Shown here: piece after piece, positions 47,849 to 61,150 of the stretch | How positions within the stretch are numbered: position 1 is the stretch's first letter | Layout: each line of letters opens with the position of its first letter | Assembly (NCBI GenBank): GCA_964036045.1 | Contig: OZ038378.1 | Location: forward strand, 28,334,001 to 28,398,000 | DNA: 64,000 bases | Direction of reading: 5' to 3' | DNA from: Eutreptiella sp. 'Long Island Sound 2002' | Lineage: Eukaryota > Protista > Euglenida | Notes under the pieces: generated by a model | Told to the model about the DNA's origin: nothing | What the model saw: only the letters and a program-made list of their open reading frames with translations | Databases searched by the model: none | Translations under genes and position numbers: made by a program

Positions 47849-48684
47849 CAGAAGACCATGAAGACCTCACCTACTGAACTGTGGGAATGCCGTGCACGCA
47901 GTGCAAACTTTTGCATGTCGGCAACTACTTGAACCCTAGTTTTGGCCCTTTTTCACCAGTTGGTTGTTCCGTAACAAAATTTTTTGCGCTTCTTGTGCAT
48001 TGAGGATGTGGCTGTTTTGTCAAAAATTCTTGTTTTAGGTGTGCACGGAGTGCCCACGCAGTGCGCTCGCAGTGCCCACGCAGTGCACCAACTTGGCCTG
48101 TGTTGCAGTTTGAATCATGATTGCGCCCCTAAGAAGCTCAGAGTGTATCATGTGATTATTCTTGGGGCTTTTTCGTTTCCTTTTGCTTTGTCATGATCTT
48201 TTTTGGGGGCTACTGCGTGCCACCAGTGTGCCAAACCACATCATCATCATTGAAGTGTTTAACCACCATTATTAGTTTGGCACCACATTGGCGTGTCAGT
48301 CTCCCACTGCATAACCTGGTTTCAGACTCAGCTAATCCTCACTACGTGTCAGATCCGCTACCACAGCCACTGTGGGATTATCGTAGCACTGGACAGCTCT
48401 GAACCTTGATTCTGAGAGGTTATCTCGCGTACTGTAAAGTGGGCAGGCTACGCCAGCTCATGTTGGTCTGAGCCAAAAAAAAATTAGTTTGGCACCACAT
48501 TGGCACCACACTGGCAGCCTCTGTGGAACCACGACACTGCAAGCATCTCTACGACCACTGCGTCCATTGCCACATTGCAGTGTTGCTGCACCGCGGACTT
48601 GGTGTCCCTGCCAAATGCCATCCCACTTTCTTGGTCATTTTCTTGCAAGGATCCCGGGGTTTTATGAGTTTTGAGATACCGTTT

Positions 48685-48832
48685 CTGAAAGCCCTGCATT
48701 TCGCCTGCAATGCAAATTTGTCCCCTCTGTTCTGTAGTCGTTGATGATGTTGCTGGTGCTGAAAGCCCTGCATTTCGCCTGCAATGCAAATTTGTCCCCT
48801 CTGTTCTGTAGTCGTTGATGATGTTGCTGGTG
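48685..48832. repeat. Perfect 74-bp tandem duplication
   Basis: ctgaaagccctgcatttcgcc...gatgatgttgctggtg occurs at 48685 and 48759. Confidence 0.9.
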
Positions 48833-49039
48833 AAGTCTCTTGTCCCCCTTTGCTCGCTCGTTTGGTTTTGATACCACAAACTTCTGTTTTGACCATCTCA
48901 CTATGTTAGCACTTGTTGTGTGTGTGTGTGTGTGTGTTTTGCCTGTGACATTGGGTTGGCTTGTACTGGTATGCACACATGCGGAAGTGCACGTGCAAGG
49001 TGTGATGGAAGTCAAGACCTGAGTTGGGAGGAGGTGCTG

Positions 49040-49630
49040 CTTGGGCACTGTGAGGCAATGTGTAAGTCTGACTTCTTGCGATTGTGGATGAGGATCGTTT
49101 GGTCCGGATTAGCAGGTTGAGGCCACATTCACCTCCAGGAACCTAGCATGCCATCAGCCAGTGACAGCCTGTGGTTAAGTTGCAACCGAGGAAGGAAGGA
49201 TTTCCGTTGAAACAGATTTGGAGGAAAGACAACCCTGTACCAGCTGACAGCGATGGGGTGGGCGCAGCATGAGCACTGTGAGGGAATGTATCAGTCCGAC
49301 TTCTTGCGGTTGTGGATGAGGACTGTAAGGTCCGCATTAGCAGGTTGAGGCCTCATTTACCTCCATGGCCATGTTCATCCTTGCTGTTAGCGCTTGGTGA
49401 CCAAAGAGGAGACACTAGGCAACGCTTGGCAAGGAACAGCTTGACGCCTTGGTGGCGCTTGGGAGACAAGCGTCCAAGCGCTTTGCCCCCCCAAAGTGCA
49501 CACTTTCGACATGCAAATTCAACTCCAGGGCAATAGCATGCCATCAGCCAGTGACAGCCAGTAGCCTACATCCCACAGAATAAGTGAAGGAACCCCGTTG
49601 CAACAGATTCCGAGGAAAGACATTCCTTTG
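49040..49630. repeat. Diverged local duplications (~100-bp and ~90-bp blocks)
   Basis: gcactgtgagg...gacttcttgcg.ttgtggatgagga...attagcaggttgaggcc at ~49044 and ~49274; tagcatgccatcagccagtgacagcc at ~49144 and ~49534. Confidence 0.75.
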
Positions 49631-51210
49631 GACAGCTGACAGCCATTCTCAGTCAACCATTCTTGGTGTCACCTTTTGCTGTAATGAAGCCAGACCACAC
49701 CAGATGTTACACCACCCCATGACATGCACCCATGTGGCGGATCACTGTTGAGGCCTAGTGCCTGCTTGCCGCCACATAGTCTACCAAGGAAGCTGCTTTC
49801 CTGGGGAATGCCAAGACCACAGTGCACCTTGGAAAGAAGTCAAATAAAGGTCAAGTTTTGAAGCTACTTCAAAGTACTTCACATTAGTCACGTGAGATGC
49901 GGTCGATTTTGGTTCTGTGGGGTGCTTTTCTTTTGGCTCTGCACCCATCGATTGAAACCCTATCTGCAAGCCACAAATGCCTAGATCCTGTGGTGATGCC
50001 CCCCTCCGGTACACGGGTCCCCTACCCACCCAATCAGTCAACATACGAGTATTGCACTGTGCACAAACATTATCATGCTGCTTGTCATTGAAACTTGGTA
50101 GCTCAACGGATGGTCCTGCGAGGGGTTGCGCCGGTTTCAGCCTGTCAATTCTGTCGTGTTTCAAATATTTTGCTGGCCGTGCTCAGGTTTGCGTTTTGGC
50201 ATCACAGCACTGTGTCAGGTGTTCCTCCCCCAAATTGCATGCCATGCCTGCATGCCACGTTGTCCTGTTCAGTAATCGCAGAATTGGTCAGGTCTGATGC
50301 TTTACACCAAGGGTCCCTTGGATGTCCTTGTGGAACCTGCTCTCCCCACAAGGGCTGGATTGAAAAAAAAACACGTTGTTTGCGAGCTAAGTGAGCAAAT
50401 GACAGCTTGGAAGGTCAGCATATACCTTCATTTCAGTGTGTTTTGTATTCTTGACAATCTTGCTGCTGCCTGACTGCGAGGATGGGCCATCAGCCTGAGC
50501 GCCTTACTGCTACTCAGCACAGGCCTGGTGTATAGAAAAAAAAACAATGTTGCTGCCGCCTGACTGCCTTTTCAAGTCAAGACAGCAGATACTTATTTGC
50601 AAAGAGTGCTTTGCGTGTTTCAACCCTTTTCCCAAGTGCAACCAAGCACCCAAACTGCACCAAAATGTTGCATGGAGTGGATACCGAATTTGTCCATGCA
50701 CACCTGGCCTACCATGCCACATGTACACCATACCTATGAAAAGTTTCACAACGGATGTACCCAGATGGAGAGCAATAGCAATTTCCATTGGATTGTTTCC
50801 AGGTCATGCTTGGGTGCACAATGAGGTTTTGAGGTTTGATCCCCAGGGGCTGGTCATTACTGGCTGGTGGTCATCACTTGTCAGACATGACAATCCTGCT
50901 GGGGTTTCAGTTTATGATGAGGTTGATGATGAAGATGATGCTCAAGATGCTACCTCCAATGAGCAGATATTCTTTCCAGAACTACTTCCCTTGCCCATAG
51001 ATCCCATCATTTGAGCAAGATTGCTGACTCTTGCTGCGTGTTGGTTTTGCAAGCGTCTCTCAGATCTTCTTAGCAGGCGTTGGGGGAGGTGATCGTAGGT
51101 CTGGATACTCTTTCTGTCCGACTTTGAGTCCATAATGGCTGTCTACTCTTCGTCGGAAGCCTTGCTTGTGAAAAGCATCAGCTCCTCTTGCGCTCCAACC
51201 GAATCCGTCG

Positions 51211-52199
51211 TCAACTTATCGAGCGCATTTGATAATTCCATTCCAAGTTGGATGATTGCTTGCAGGCTCGGCTTCTCCGGCACCACTTCACTGTGGTGAA
51301 AGCCTGACCGACAGCTGCATCAATTTGTGGGACGGGCCAGCATATATGCACAAGGGACAGAAAATCTTTGAAGCTTTGGCTGCTTTTCTTCAGCGTCTCT
51401 AAGAGGGATCTGTCTCCACCGTTGGTGGCCGACATGATCACCCAGTCCACATTTTCTTCCTCTTCACAGTTTTGCAAACGAGCTAAGAGAGGAAATCTGT
51501 CAAATTGCAAAGCCCATGTATCCAGCTGCTTCGGGGTAACCACCGGTATGGTGTTGCTTGGTGCTTTTTCTCCAGATGCAAACCTGGCTGGTGTAATTCT
51601 GGCAACCAATAAGACAGGCTCCTTAATCTTTTCGGTTGTATCCGCTTCCTTCCTTTGCTTCCTTTCTCTTCGAGTAGTCTCTTGCAGACCACACATACTT
51701 CTGATCTCGCGGTGTACGCACTTGCACCTGACTTTACGCTTTTCGTCAGCGTGTGCAGCAATTCCACAAAGCACGGTGTACGTGCTGCAGGTCCAGCTTT
51801 CAGGCTCCATGCAGTGAAAGGTGACACCGTCGCCTTACTGCTTACCCTGTTAGCAATCATTGCCCATTTGAGCCTCCGGGTAATCTCTCCCATTAGCCTG
51901 GAAATATCCGTTTCATCGAACTCCAAAGCGGTAGCCAGTCTTGATGGTAGAGGTTCCAGATAACACATGCCAGATTAGAACATACTTGGAGTCTGTTCTC
52001 CCAATCCGGAAGCGACTTGGATGCCAGTAAGTGTCCGTTGATAAGCGACAGGGGCGGCTCCGACCCAAGCCAACGCCAAACCAGCATTTACCACGGCTTG
52101 CTCAATCTTTGAAGGATACCGATTCAGATCACCTTGGGTTCCTTTTGATTCTACTAGAAACTTTGATTCTCCCATTTTGGCCTTCCTTTTTACACTCAC
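51211..52199 (-). pseudogene. Decayed ORF of unknown type with a Cys/His cluster, probably TE-derived
   Basis: 51975-52199 and 51483-51968 are in the same frame with one stop between them (PCFVELLH...CVVC); the protein-like reading continues in another frame to 51211. Confidence 0.35.
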
Positions 52200-55100
52200 A
52201 CAAGTCAGCGCAAACAGTAGTCAGCATGTTGCAGTGTGGTTCATAAAATACACCAGATGAACAAAGAATCAGGCAGATGCAGTGAAGGAAACTGAGCAGA
52301 ACGAAGTGCGGAAGGACAGTGGGCCATCCACTACATTCGACGGCAACCCAAAACTCCTCAAACCTCCTAAATCTGGGGTTTGTTCAGCAAACTTTCCGTA
52401 AATTCTTCACAATTCGGTCTAATACTCGCAACAGGGTGTCTCGCAAGGTCCTCGGTTTTAGTATTCACCACAAAAAAACTCAAAAGAGCTGGTTTTCATA
52501 AGGGAGACAAAACGTTTTACAGCCCATTGATCCCCAGATCGCTTGGAGCAAAGGTCAGTTCTTTGCTACCCCAACTCCGGACACTGGTGAAGCACATTTG
52601 GAACTTTTTGCCCATTCGCGTTGCGCTTTTCAGAATAATCACCATGCATGGTCGTGTGCACAACGGCATCTTATGCACAGCTCAATTCCATCTTTTCCGT
52701 TGCAATGGCGATTTATTGTGAAGCCTCAGAATACAAAACAGGTAATTGCTACAATTCATATGAAGGTACATCATTTGTCGTGTTTTGTATATTTTTCTGT
52801 TTCTCATTTTCGCGTTTTGGAATACCAAGCTTCGGTATACAAAAGTTTGCAATTTGTACTTTATGCATAGGTGCGTAGTGAGGATTCGCATTCCCATGTT
52901 GAAAAGCCAGTTATTTGGTGATCGTCCAATGTGGATTGCCGGGCATAGCATTCAAAGCAAGAGGCATTTCACACACAATTATGCCCTCAATCGGTGCTTG
53001 TTGATTTCATAGCAAAAATTGTCTGTTCATGGAATTGGCTGCCAGTCTTCACAATACACATGTAGTTGTTTTACATTGGGCATTTCCGGTGACGAGGCTA
53101 AGCAATTTTGTTTAAACCTAAAATGTGCAAAAGTGAAGATGATTAAGCAATATGGCATCCGCCCGCCAATGTGGTTTCTTGTTCTTTTTGTCCGCTCCGT
53201 TTCTGTGGTCCGTGGTCTTTGCTCCGCGCGGTTGCGTGTTTGTGTCTTGGCTCCTCTTGTTTGTGTCGGTCTGGCCCAGTATCCCTCTGCGTTTTGGCTC
53301 TTCCAGTGCTTTGACGTTTTGTGTGTGCGCCCTGCGTGTTCTGGTGCGTGTCGCGGGCCCTGCGCGCTCGCGTTCGGTGTTGAGTGCGCTTCCCGGTGTT
53401 GTGGTTGTGGTCCCTGTGGCGAGGTGGCGTGTCATGTGCCAGCTTTGTATGCCGGTGCCGTGGTTGTGGTGTTTTGGTTTGGTGCTTCTCGGTGGGTGTT
53501 GTGTGGTGTGTCCGCTCGGTTAGCCGGTGCCGTGGTCGTGGTGTTCTGAGTGTGCCTGTCTGGCGTGCCTTGTGGCCCCGCTTTGGTGCGCTACGCCTGG
53601 TCGGGTCCGGGCGCTTTCGGTTTGCCGGTCGGCTTTCCTGTTGCCGTGGTGCTTCCCCCTACCGGATGCTCTGCTCCTCCGGTCTGTCTGGGTGGCTGTG
53701 CGGGGCTGTGGAGGCCCGCCGATTAACGGGTTCTTGGTGCCTGCCTCTGGCTCCGGTGTATATCAATTGATTCTTGGAGCAGTGATGTAACACCTTGTTT
53801 GCTACTCGCATATCCAATTCTAGGCGTTGTGTCTCTATCCCATCTGCATTTGTTCCCGCCTCACGATTTGTTCCATTCTCCATGTCCTCCATGTATGGAT
53901 GGTGCGCCTGATTTCGTTTGAAATGGTTGATGAAGTGTCCCGAGGTTCTTATCCAACGGGTGCCACAGGGTGTTATCTTGAAGGAATTTTTGATTTTGTA
54001 AAACAGGGAGGCAGCGGTGAGGTCAAGGTCAATGGGAGTCATGGGTAAGAAGCCTGAAGAAACTTGAATAGGCGGTAGAGCTTGCAAAACGGCACGGACC
54101 TTCCGTATTGTAGCAGAGATTTACCTGCCGCTAACCGCGACCTTGGGAGCTTTAGCCCTCATGGTCCGTGCCCGAGTGGACCCGAGGTCATCATTGACGA
54201 TGCCATAAGGAAATCTTGGTTGAAGGTTGGGAACAAAAAACATATTCCAAAAGAAGCATGGGAATCGACATGAAGACATCGTCACCCTTTTTGACCGAGC
54301 ATGTTGAAAATGATGTCATCTCCGAGTACCTCCGGAAAAATCCGACGAAGAGGTCATGAACTGTAGGGGAGGATCAAAGATCCTGCACTACCAATAGCGA
54401 AGGATGCAAAGAGCACCCAGGTTGGATGTAGAAAGGCCAATGGAAATGACTCCGAGCCCTGTCCCTCGGATGTTCAATGCTCTGTCGGACTTTGAGGGAT
54501 ATCTGACTGGCTACCATTCGGACACTGCGGACGAAGAGCCAGATTTCTCAACTGCGAGATCGCATACCGCGCAAAATGCTGCATTTCACCAATGATGCAG
54601 AGGAGGAATCTTTGGTGCGAATGACAGCAGCAACTAAAGTCCCAAGACATATTGAGGTCGGGACGATGGGACATGCCCCCATGGACCAGGCAGACCTTTT
54701 ACTTAAAAACTTTCAAAATATCACGTTTCACACCTTGTTTTTAGTATGCCGTGGTGCGGCGGTTCCCATTTCTTGTGTCGCGGCTCATCTGCGCTTAGGT
54801 ACAACTGTAGTTTTTGGAAAACATTTGACGATTCCTAACGTTTTACGTCAAATTTTAATGATGGGACTTACTAAATTGCTAATGCTTTCGCTAAACTTCA
54901 GGATTCACACAATGTGAATTTCATTCTCTATTTTTTTCATCCGCTGAAGGTTTTTGACCTTCATTTAGAGTATTGCTCCGCGTTGACGTTTGGTCAAGAC
55001 GTTTACTCAAACGCTGTTCACATATTGATTGCGTGTTGCATTAGACTAGAGTTAGAGCGATCGACCATACCCTAGTGAAGAACCATGTGTGCTCTAGGGA

Positions 55101-55688
55101 GGAGGTTCTGGCTTCCAATCCCACCGTCCTGTATATTTGGGCCAAACGTTTCCCCTCAATTTTCGAAACATTTGATGAATACCCCTTGATTGAAACATTG
55201 TACACGGTACTTTACACTTTTTTTCAAGGTACCAGTAGGGTAAAATATGTGTGTCAACTGATGAGAGTGTCATTTGCTGGTTTGAACTATTGTCTCAGGG
55301 AATTTCATCAGAGTTTGAGCCTTTGCCATTGGTCCTACTAGCTTGAGCAACTAGTACCCTGGGGGGGGGGAAGAAAAAGTCGCTAGCCACATCACTTGTC
55401 GGGCACTTGTTCTAGCTCAGACGCCCCCTATTCTTTGAAAGTATTAAAGACTAAGATGTTATCACTATCTTTATTCTTTTGATGCATTAAGTACATTTTT
55501 GAAGGACACTAGGGCAATAATCCTAGCCCTCCATGAAGTTCACCCCTATCACTCAATGAAGCGGAGATATCCTCCTTCATGCGGATAGAAACCGAAATAC
55601 AATAGGGACGTGTTGCCTTTTACCATACAAGTTAAGTCCTGTGGTCTCCTACCTCGGGACCTAGATACTGAAAAGTTTCGTCTACTAT

Positions 55689-58600
55689 TGTTATACCGTC
55701 TATCACGAGAATCAGCGAAGCACAGCACAAGACTTCTCATACTTGTTACAGATTCGTCATCTCAGATCAAAGTCGCAATCAGGCATATTGAGATTTTAGT
55801 ATGCCTGTAGAGTAATAAAATGTTCATAACAACACAATACAATAAATCAAGAATCGCAACACAATCCAAACTCCTATTCTCTTTATTGTACATGCGCGAC
55901 TTACAGCAAATCCTGCGACTGTCACATTCACACAAATAAAATGCTTGAGTTCGTTACACTCCCCTCACAAGCTTAGTGCTGAGGCACCAAGCGGATTCAC
56001 AAACTGATGAACAAAAGGATTTTACACAAAAAAGTATGCCGAAAAATAATATGACACTGAGAAAACTACCCAGTGCCCTATGGACCCTACCGGGCTTTCT
56101 TTTTGAAAGGGACCCGGCATAGGGGGTGGCTGAGTTGTCACTGTGCTGGGGGCGCTGTACCTTGGGGTTGGTGTTTTTGTACCCTGACAGAGGGGGCTCC
56201 TTCCATACGTGGGGGGGTGGACGCGGTTCATGCCCGCTGCACCCTGTCCCATGGACCTACCCTGATTTCCTTTCCAGGTCCCCATTGTACTGTCCCCTGC
56301 CACAGTGTGTTACTGCAGCTAGTCAATGTAGGTCAGTGTATGTGTGTGTGACTGTACACCCTCAGCATAGGTAAACACCCAAACCCGCGACCACAAGGGT
56401 AAGAAAAACTCCTATGCTGACGGGGGAAGGCTGGAGGGCCGGACCCTGACATGGGTTATACACCCAGTTTTAATCTACACTGGTGCTCAAGCCCACGAAT
56501 TTCTGACGTAGTCCAGGGGGGTCTGCACCTAAGACAAAACCCTAGGGATTTTCTCTGCAAACGCCCACCAGTATCATACACACATTGGGTTAAAATTTAT
56601 AAAAGGTTAGAAAATACCCAAACATACAAACAAATTTCAAAAACTCCTGCACCCAGAGCACACACCAGCGGAGCATACCACAGAGCGAAGCCACAAAAAG
56701 TAGGAGCAGTTTTCTTGTCATGTATCAGAACCCACTTAGTATGTACAAACTTCTGAATACCTTAAAATTACTTCACTGTATGGAAATTATTTTTGATATC
56801 CTCCCTTGATTCAGCTTGTGGTGATCTGGCTCCTTGGCTCACTCTGGGACTCCACTTCAGTCTTGTGCTCTGAGGCTGGACCTGTAGACAAACAGAGTAG
56901 ACAGGGCAAGATCACGTTATCTGTTCCGGGTCACGTGCCACGCCTGTACCTAACTCACGTGTGTACGCCATACAAGTGTGAACCCACACACCAACACTGG
57001 CCAAAAAAATGAAACAGAGAATCAACCAACAACTGCAGGTGCAAGCCGCACTCCTGAGCTGAACAGCTACAACGAAGTACAACCACTACAGTGCTCACCA
57101 CCATATGGAGCTCAAACGCTCAGCGGCCAGCCAACACATACATTTCAAACCCTTTCACTCAGGGGGATACCCTGGTAGACTAGTCATTCTAGCTCTCACA
57201 GCTAAACTAGCTACGGGAAGGACACCCAAACCATAGGGTGGGGGGGCTGGCTTACACTTCAGCCACTAGGCTTTGCGATCAACAGGCACCTGCATACCTG
57301 TAAGGGGGGGTGGCGGCCTCACGCCTATGCCTACAGGAGGGGTCCCTGTAATTAACGTTTCCCAGACTCTCAAAAAAAAATTGAGACTTGGTCAGCAGTG
57401 CACATGTAAGGGGGAAGAAGGCTCTAGCCTTGGCTTACTAAGTGCCAAAAAAGCTACGCTAGCAACCTGCACAACAAACAGAGGCCAGTGACGAAGTGAC
57501 ACAAGGTAGAAGTGGGCCTAAAAAAAAAACACAACTCCGTGAAACATTGAAACAACCTGAACCTCTGACCCACAAATTCGCTAAATCTACAGACCCAAAT
57601 GGCAGTGTCCTCAACAACACTGCCCCAAACGAAACAAAGCTTGCTTCTCGATACATGAAAAACGACTCACTGTAAACTCCTGAGCTCCAACGCGAACAGT
57701 GAGATCGAACTCAACATTTCAGATTCACATCAGAATTTCCAGATTCCCACATGTTCGGTCTATACATTCAGATAGTACCTGAAAACTGTTCGACTTCAAT
57801 CCCTTCGTGCATGACTCCGGCGTCCTGCTCGCGGACGCCCAGGCTGCTTACTCCTCGCGGAACTGCAAACCCTTGTCAGCAGGAGCCCTTGCATGGCGCG
57901 TTGCAGCCGCTCTCGCACGCTGAACGCGCTTGCCGCCACGGCTCGTAGGCTGCTGGTGACCACGTGTTCCTGCGCCTTTACCCACCCTTTTGAGCTCCTG
58001 TAGAAGATGCTGTACTCGTTCCTGGAGCTCCAAGTTGAGCGCATCGCGCTCGGCAATTCTTTTCTCGAGCAACACCACACGCGCTTTGTTTTCACCAAAC
58101 TGCACCTCAGCAGTCTCAACAGCCACCTTAAACTTTGTTTCAGTGTCTAACAACCGTGCCTCCAGGACTCCAATCTGCTTATGTAACCTCTTGCAAGTGC
58201 GATCAGCACGCCGCCGTTCAGCGTTTAAATTCTCAGCTGCCCTATGCTCAACTGTCTCCAGCAAATTTTTAATTAACTAGCGTGCCGGCTCCAACTGCAC
58301 CTCAGACGAACAAGAACTCAACTCATCAACAGCATCACGAGTAAGTTCCCCAGACCTCTTGATGCGACTACGCTCGCGTTGCTCTCTGGAGCGGCGACTG
58401 CTGTCAGAGCATTTGTTACCTGTAGAACGGCTCCTCTCCTGATGATCTCTGGTGCGGCGTCTTGTGTCATCACCATTAGAACAACTCCTCGCACGATGCT
58501 CTCTGGAACGGCGGTGCCTGTCACGAACTTCAGAGCAACTCCTCTCAAGACACTCCCCAGAGCGACGCTTCTTGTCACGACCTTCAGAGCGACTCCTTTC

Positions 58601-58966
58601 ACGACGCTCTCCGCAGCTCCTGTCACGACCTTCAGAGCGACTCATTTTGATTCGGCTATACCAATCTCCTGCGCTTGACGGCAACTAAAATCTTGATATT
58701 ATAGTGTCCCTCACCAGAATCAGCGAAGCACAGCACACGACTTCTCATACTTGTCACAGATTCGTCATCTCAGATCAAAGTCGCAACCAGGCATATTGAG
58801 ATTTTAGTATGCCTGTAGAGTAATAAAATGTTTATGACAACACAATACACTAAATCAAGAATCGCAACACAATCCAAACTCCTATTCTCTTTATTGTGTA
58901 TGCGCGACTTACAGCAAATCCTGCGACTGTCACATTCACATAAATGAAATGCTTGAGTTCATTACA
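55689..58966 (-). mobile_element. Non-autonomous LTR retroelement (270-bp LTRs, gag-like ORF, no pol)
   Basis: Direct repeats 55689-55958 (TG...CA) and 58697-58966 (TA...CA); PPT-like ctcccctc at 55959-55966; CTAT/CTAC flanks. Confidence 0.85.
57848..58684 (-). pseudogene. Gag-like ORF: RS/RE-rich repeats followed by a coiled coil, interrupted by a stop
   Basis: 58277-58684 (RSRSEGRD repeats) and 57848-58264 (heptad-like LEARLLDTETKF...LELQERV) lie in the same frame just inside the 5' LTR. Confidence 0.55.
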
Positions 58967-59043
58967 CTACTTATTGTTGTCCTATGCTGTAACTGGTTCT
59001 GAATCTAGTTGCTTGGCTAGGGTCGCCAAGCTATATCCTGTGT

Positions 59044-59581
59044 GGGGCGCAATCTACTTGCCCCGAGTTCCTAACCAGTGGCCTACTCAACAAAATATTG
59101 CCCATCAAGTGCTTCACACTATCTTCTTGGCCAAAATGTTGCCAGTTTTCTCATTAAATGCATATGCTTTGTTTAAAAAGATTTTACTTTGTACTTTGGT
59201 TCCCCGGCGGCGCCCGCCGCGGTCGGACTACCGGTAGGAGGAGTAGCTGAAGGCATAGAGGCTGGTGCAGTCGCGGCAAATCGTGCTGCATGAGCGACGC
59301 AGAGAAGCGCAACGACAGAACCAAGCTTCAGAGAGAGATATATTCTGGTTTGTGAATTAGTGCAGTTGAAAACCCTGCTTTCGGGCGCAACCTACTTGCA
59401 CCAAATTCCTAACCAGTGGCCTAATCAACAAAATAGTGCCCGTCAAGTGCTTCACACTATCTTCTTGGCCAATATGTTGCCAGCTTTCTCATTAAATGCA
59501 TATGCTTTGTTTATAAAAGATTTTACTTTGTACTTTGGTCCTCCGGCGGCGCCCGCCGCGGTCGGACTACCGGTAGGAGGA
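59044..59581. repeat. Diverged ~200-bp direct repeat (period ~339 bp)
   Basis: 59044-59242 vs 59383-59581; both end in ccggcggcgcccgccgcggtcggactaccggtaggagga. Confidence 0.85.
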
Positions 59582-60063
59582 ATAGGTAGGTAGGTAGGTT
59601 GACTCGGGACTGGGGTTACCCCGCTGGGGGGTCTTACCAAGGGGCTTTTGCTCACCCACCCAGGGCCCTACTGCACGTGCCCCCACAAAGCGGCTCCCCC
59701 ACATGGGGGAAGGGCGCGGTCGCCGCAAGCAGCACCCTACAGCGGGTTCTGCCCAGAGATTTGACCCATGTTCGACCGAAGTCTCACACTCCTCTCCTTC
59801 GGGCGGATGATGCGTTGGGAGGGGTCCCATCGCACATCCTCATCAACCTCCGGATTCTGGGGCCCAGGGGCCGGGAGCCACGCCATAGGCCCTGTCCTGC
59901 AGGCACCCCCACCTGGGTTGGTTTTCAGTAGGCGTGAGGCGACTTGAAGAAGCACTTGCTACGGGACGCGCATGCCGTGGCGCACACTCACGCCTCCTGA
60001 CTCGGTGGAGCTTGCGCTCTCCCAGAGGGCCGGGGGTTCGAAGTAGGTCGTTGTGGTTGGTCG

Positions 60064-61150
60064 GTCGGTCGTTTAATGGTTTGGCGTAGCTTGTTAATGT
60101 CGGTCGGTTGCGTGATGGTAGAATCACAATGTTCTGTTTTCTTCGCGGGTATGGTCGTCGGCGGGCGTGGCGCACTACGGTGTCGCGGACCCGTTGGACG
60201 ACGTTCCCGTTGCGACCGGTGCACGCCTGGCCGGTGAGGTGTTCGCTGGCTTGCGTGTGGTCTGTTTGGGGTCAAGTCGCGGCTGCAGCTGCGGTGTGGT
60301 TGGTGCGTGGCTGTCTTGGCTGCCTCGTGGTCGGCTTTGTTTGCGTGGGTTCTGTCGCGTTGCTGCCGGTGGTTGCATCTCCGAACGTTGGTTGTGTAGC
60401 CGGCACGTTCGTGTCGGTGCTGGTTAGTTGTGTCTTGGTTTGTCCAAGTGTGGTGTAGTGTAGTTTGTTAATGGTGGTTCTTCGGTCGTTTAATGGTTCG
60501 GCGTAGGCTGTTAATGTTGGTCGGTCGGTTGCGTAATAGTGGAGTCACGATGTTCTTTTTTGTTCGTGGGTATGGTCGTCGGCGGGCGTGGTGCAGCACA
60601 GGGTTGCCATCCCGTTGGACGCCGTTCCCGTTGCGACCCGTGCACGCCTGGCCGGTTAGGTGTTGGCCGGCTTGCGTGTGGTCTGTTTACGATCGAGTCG
60701 CGGCTGCAGCTGCGACGTGGCTGGTGCGCAGTTGTCTTGGCCGCCTCATGGTCGGCTTGGGTTGCGTGGGTTCCGTAGCGCTGCTGCCGGTGGTTGCGTC
60801 GCCGAACCTGGTTTGTGTACGTCCGTGTCGGTGCTGGTTAGTTGTGTCTTGGTTTGTCCAAATGTTGTGTAGTGTAGTTTGTTAACGTTGGTTGGTCGGG
60901 TTCGTAATGGTAGAGTTGTGGTGTTCTGTGGTGTTCCTGGGTACGGTGGTCGGCGGGCGTGGCGCACCATGGTGTCGCCGACCCGTTGGACGCCGTTCCG
61001 AGTTCGACCCATGCATGCCTGGCCAGTTTGGTGTTCGCCGGCTCGCGTGTGGTCTGTTTATGGTCACTTCGTGGCCGCTGCAGTGGCTTTGTTGGTGCAC
61101 GGTCATGTTAGCCGCCTCATGGTCGGCTTGTTCGTCGTTCGGTCCTTGGC
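60064..61150. repeat. Three diverged ~420-bp TG-rich tandem units
   Basis: ggtcggcgggcgtggcgca...cccgttggacg...gcacgcctggcc recurs at ~60155, ~60577 and ~60948. Confidence 0.85.

Noticed and set aside
50547-51014. Plus-strand ORF with an acidic DEVDDEDD stretch
   Set aside because: More likely the antisense shadow of a Ser-rich minus-strand reading
58701-58716. PBS-like TGGTGAGGGACACTAT on the minus strand
   Set aside because: It aligns with the first 25 bp of the other LTR, so it lies inside the LTR
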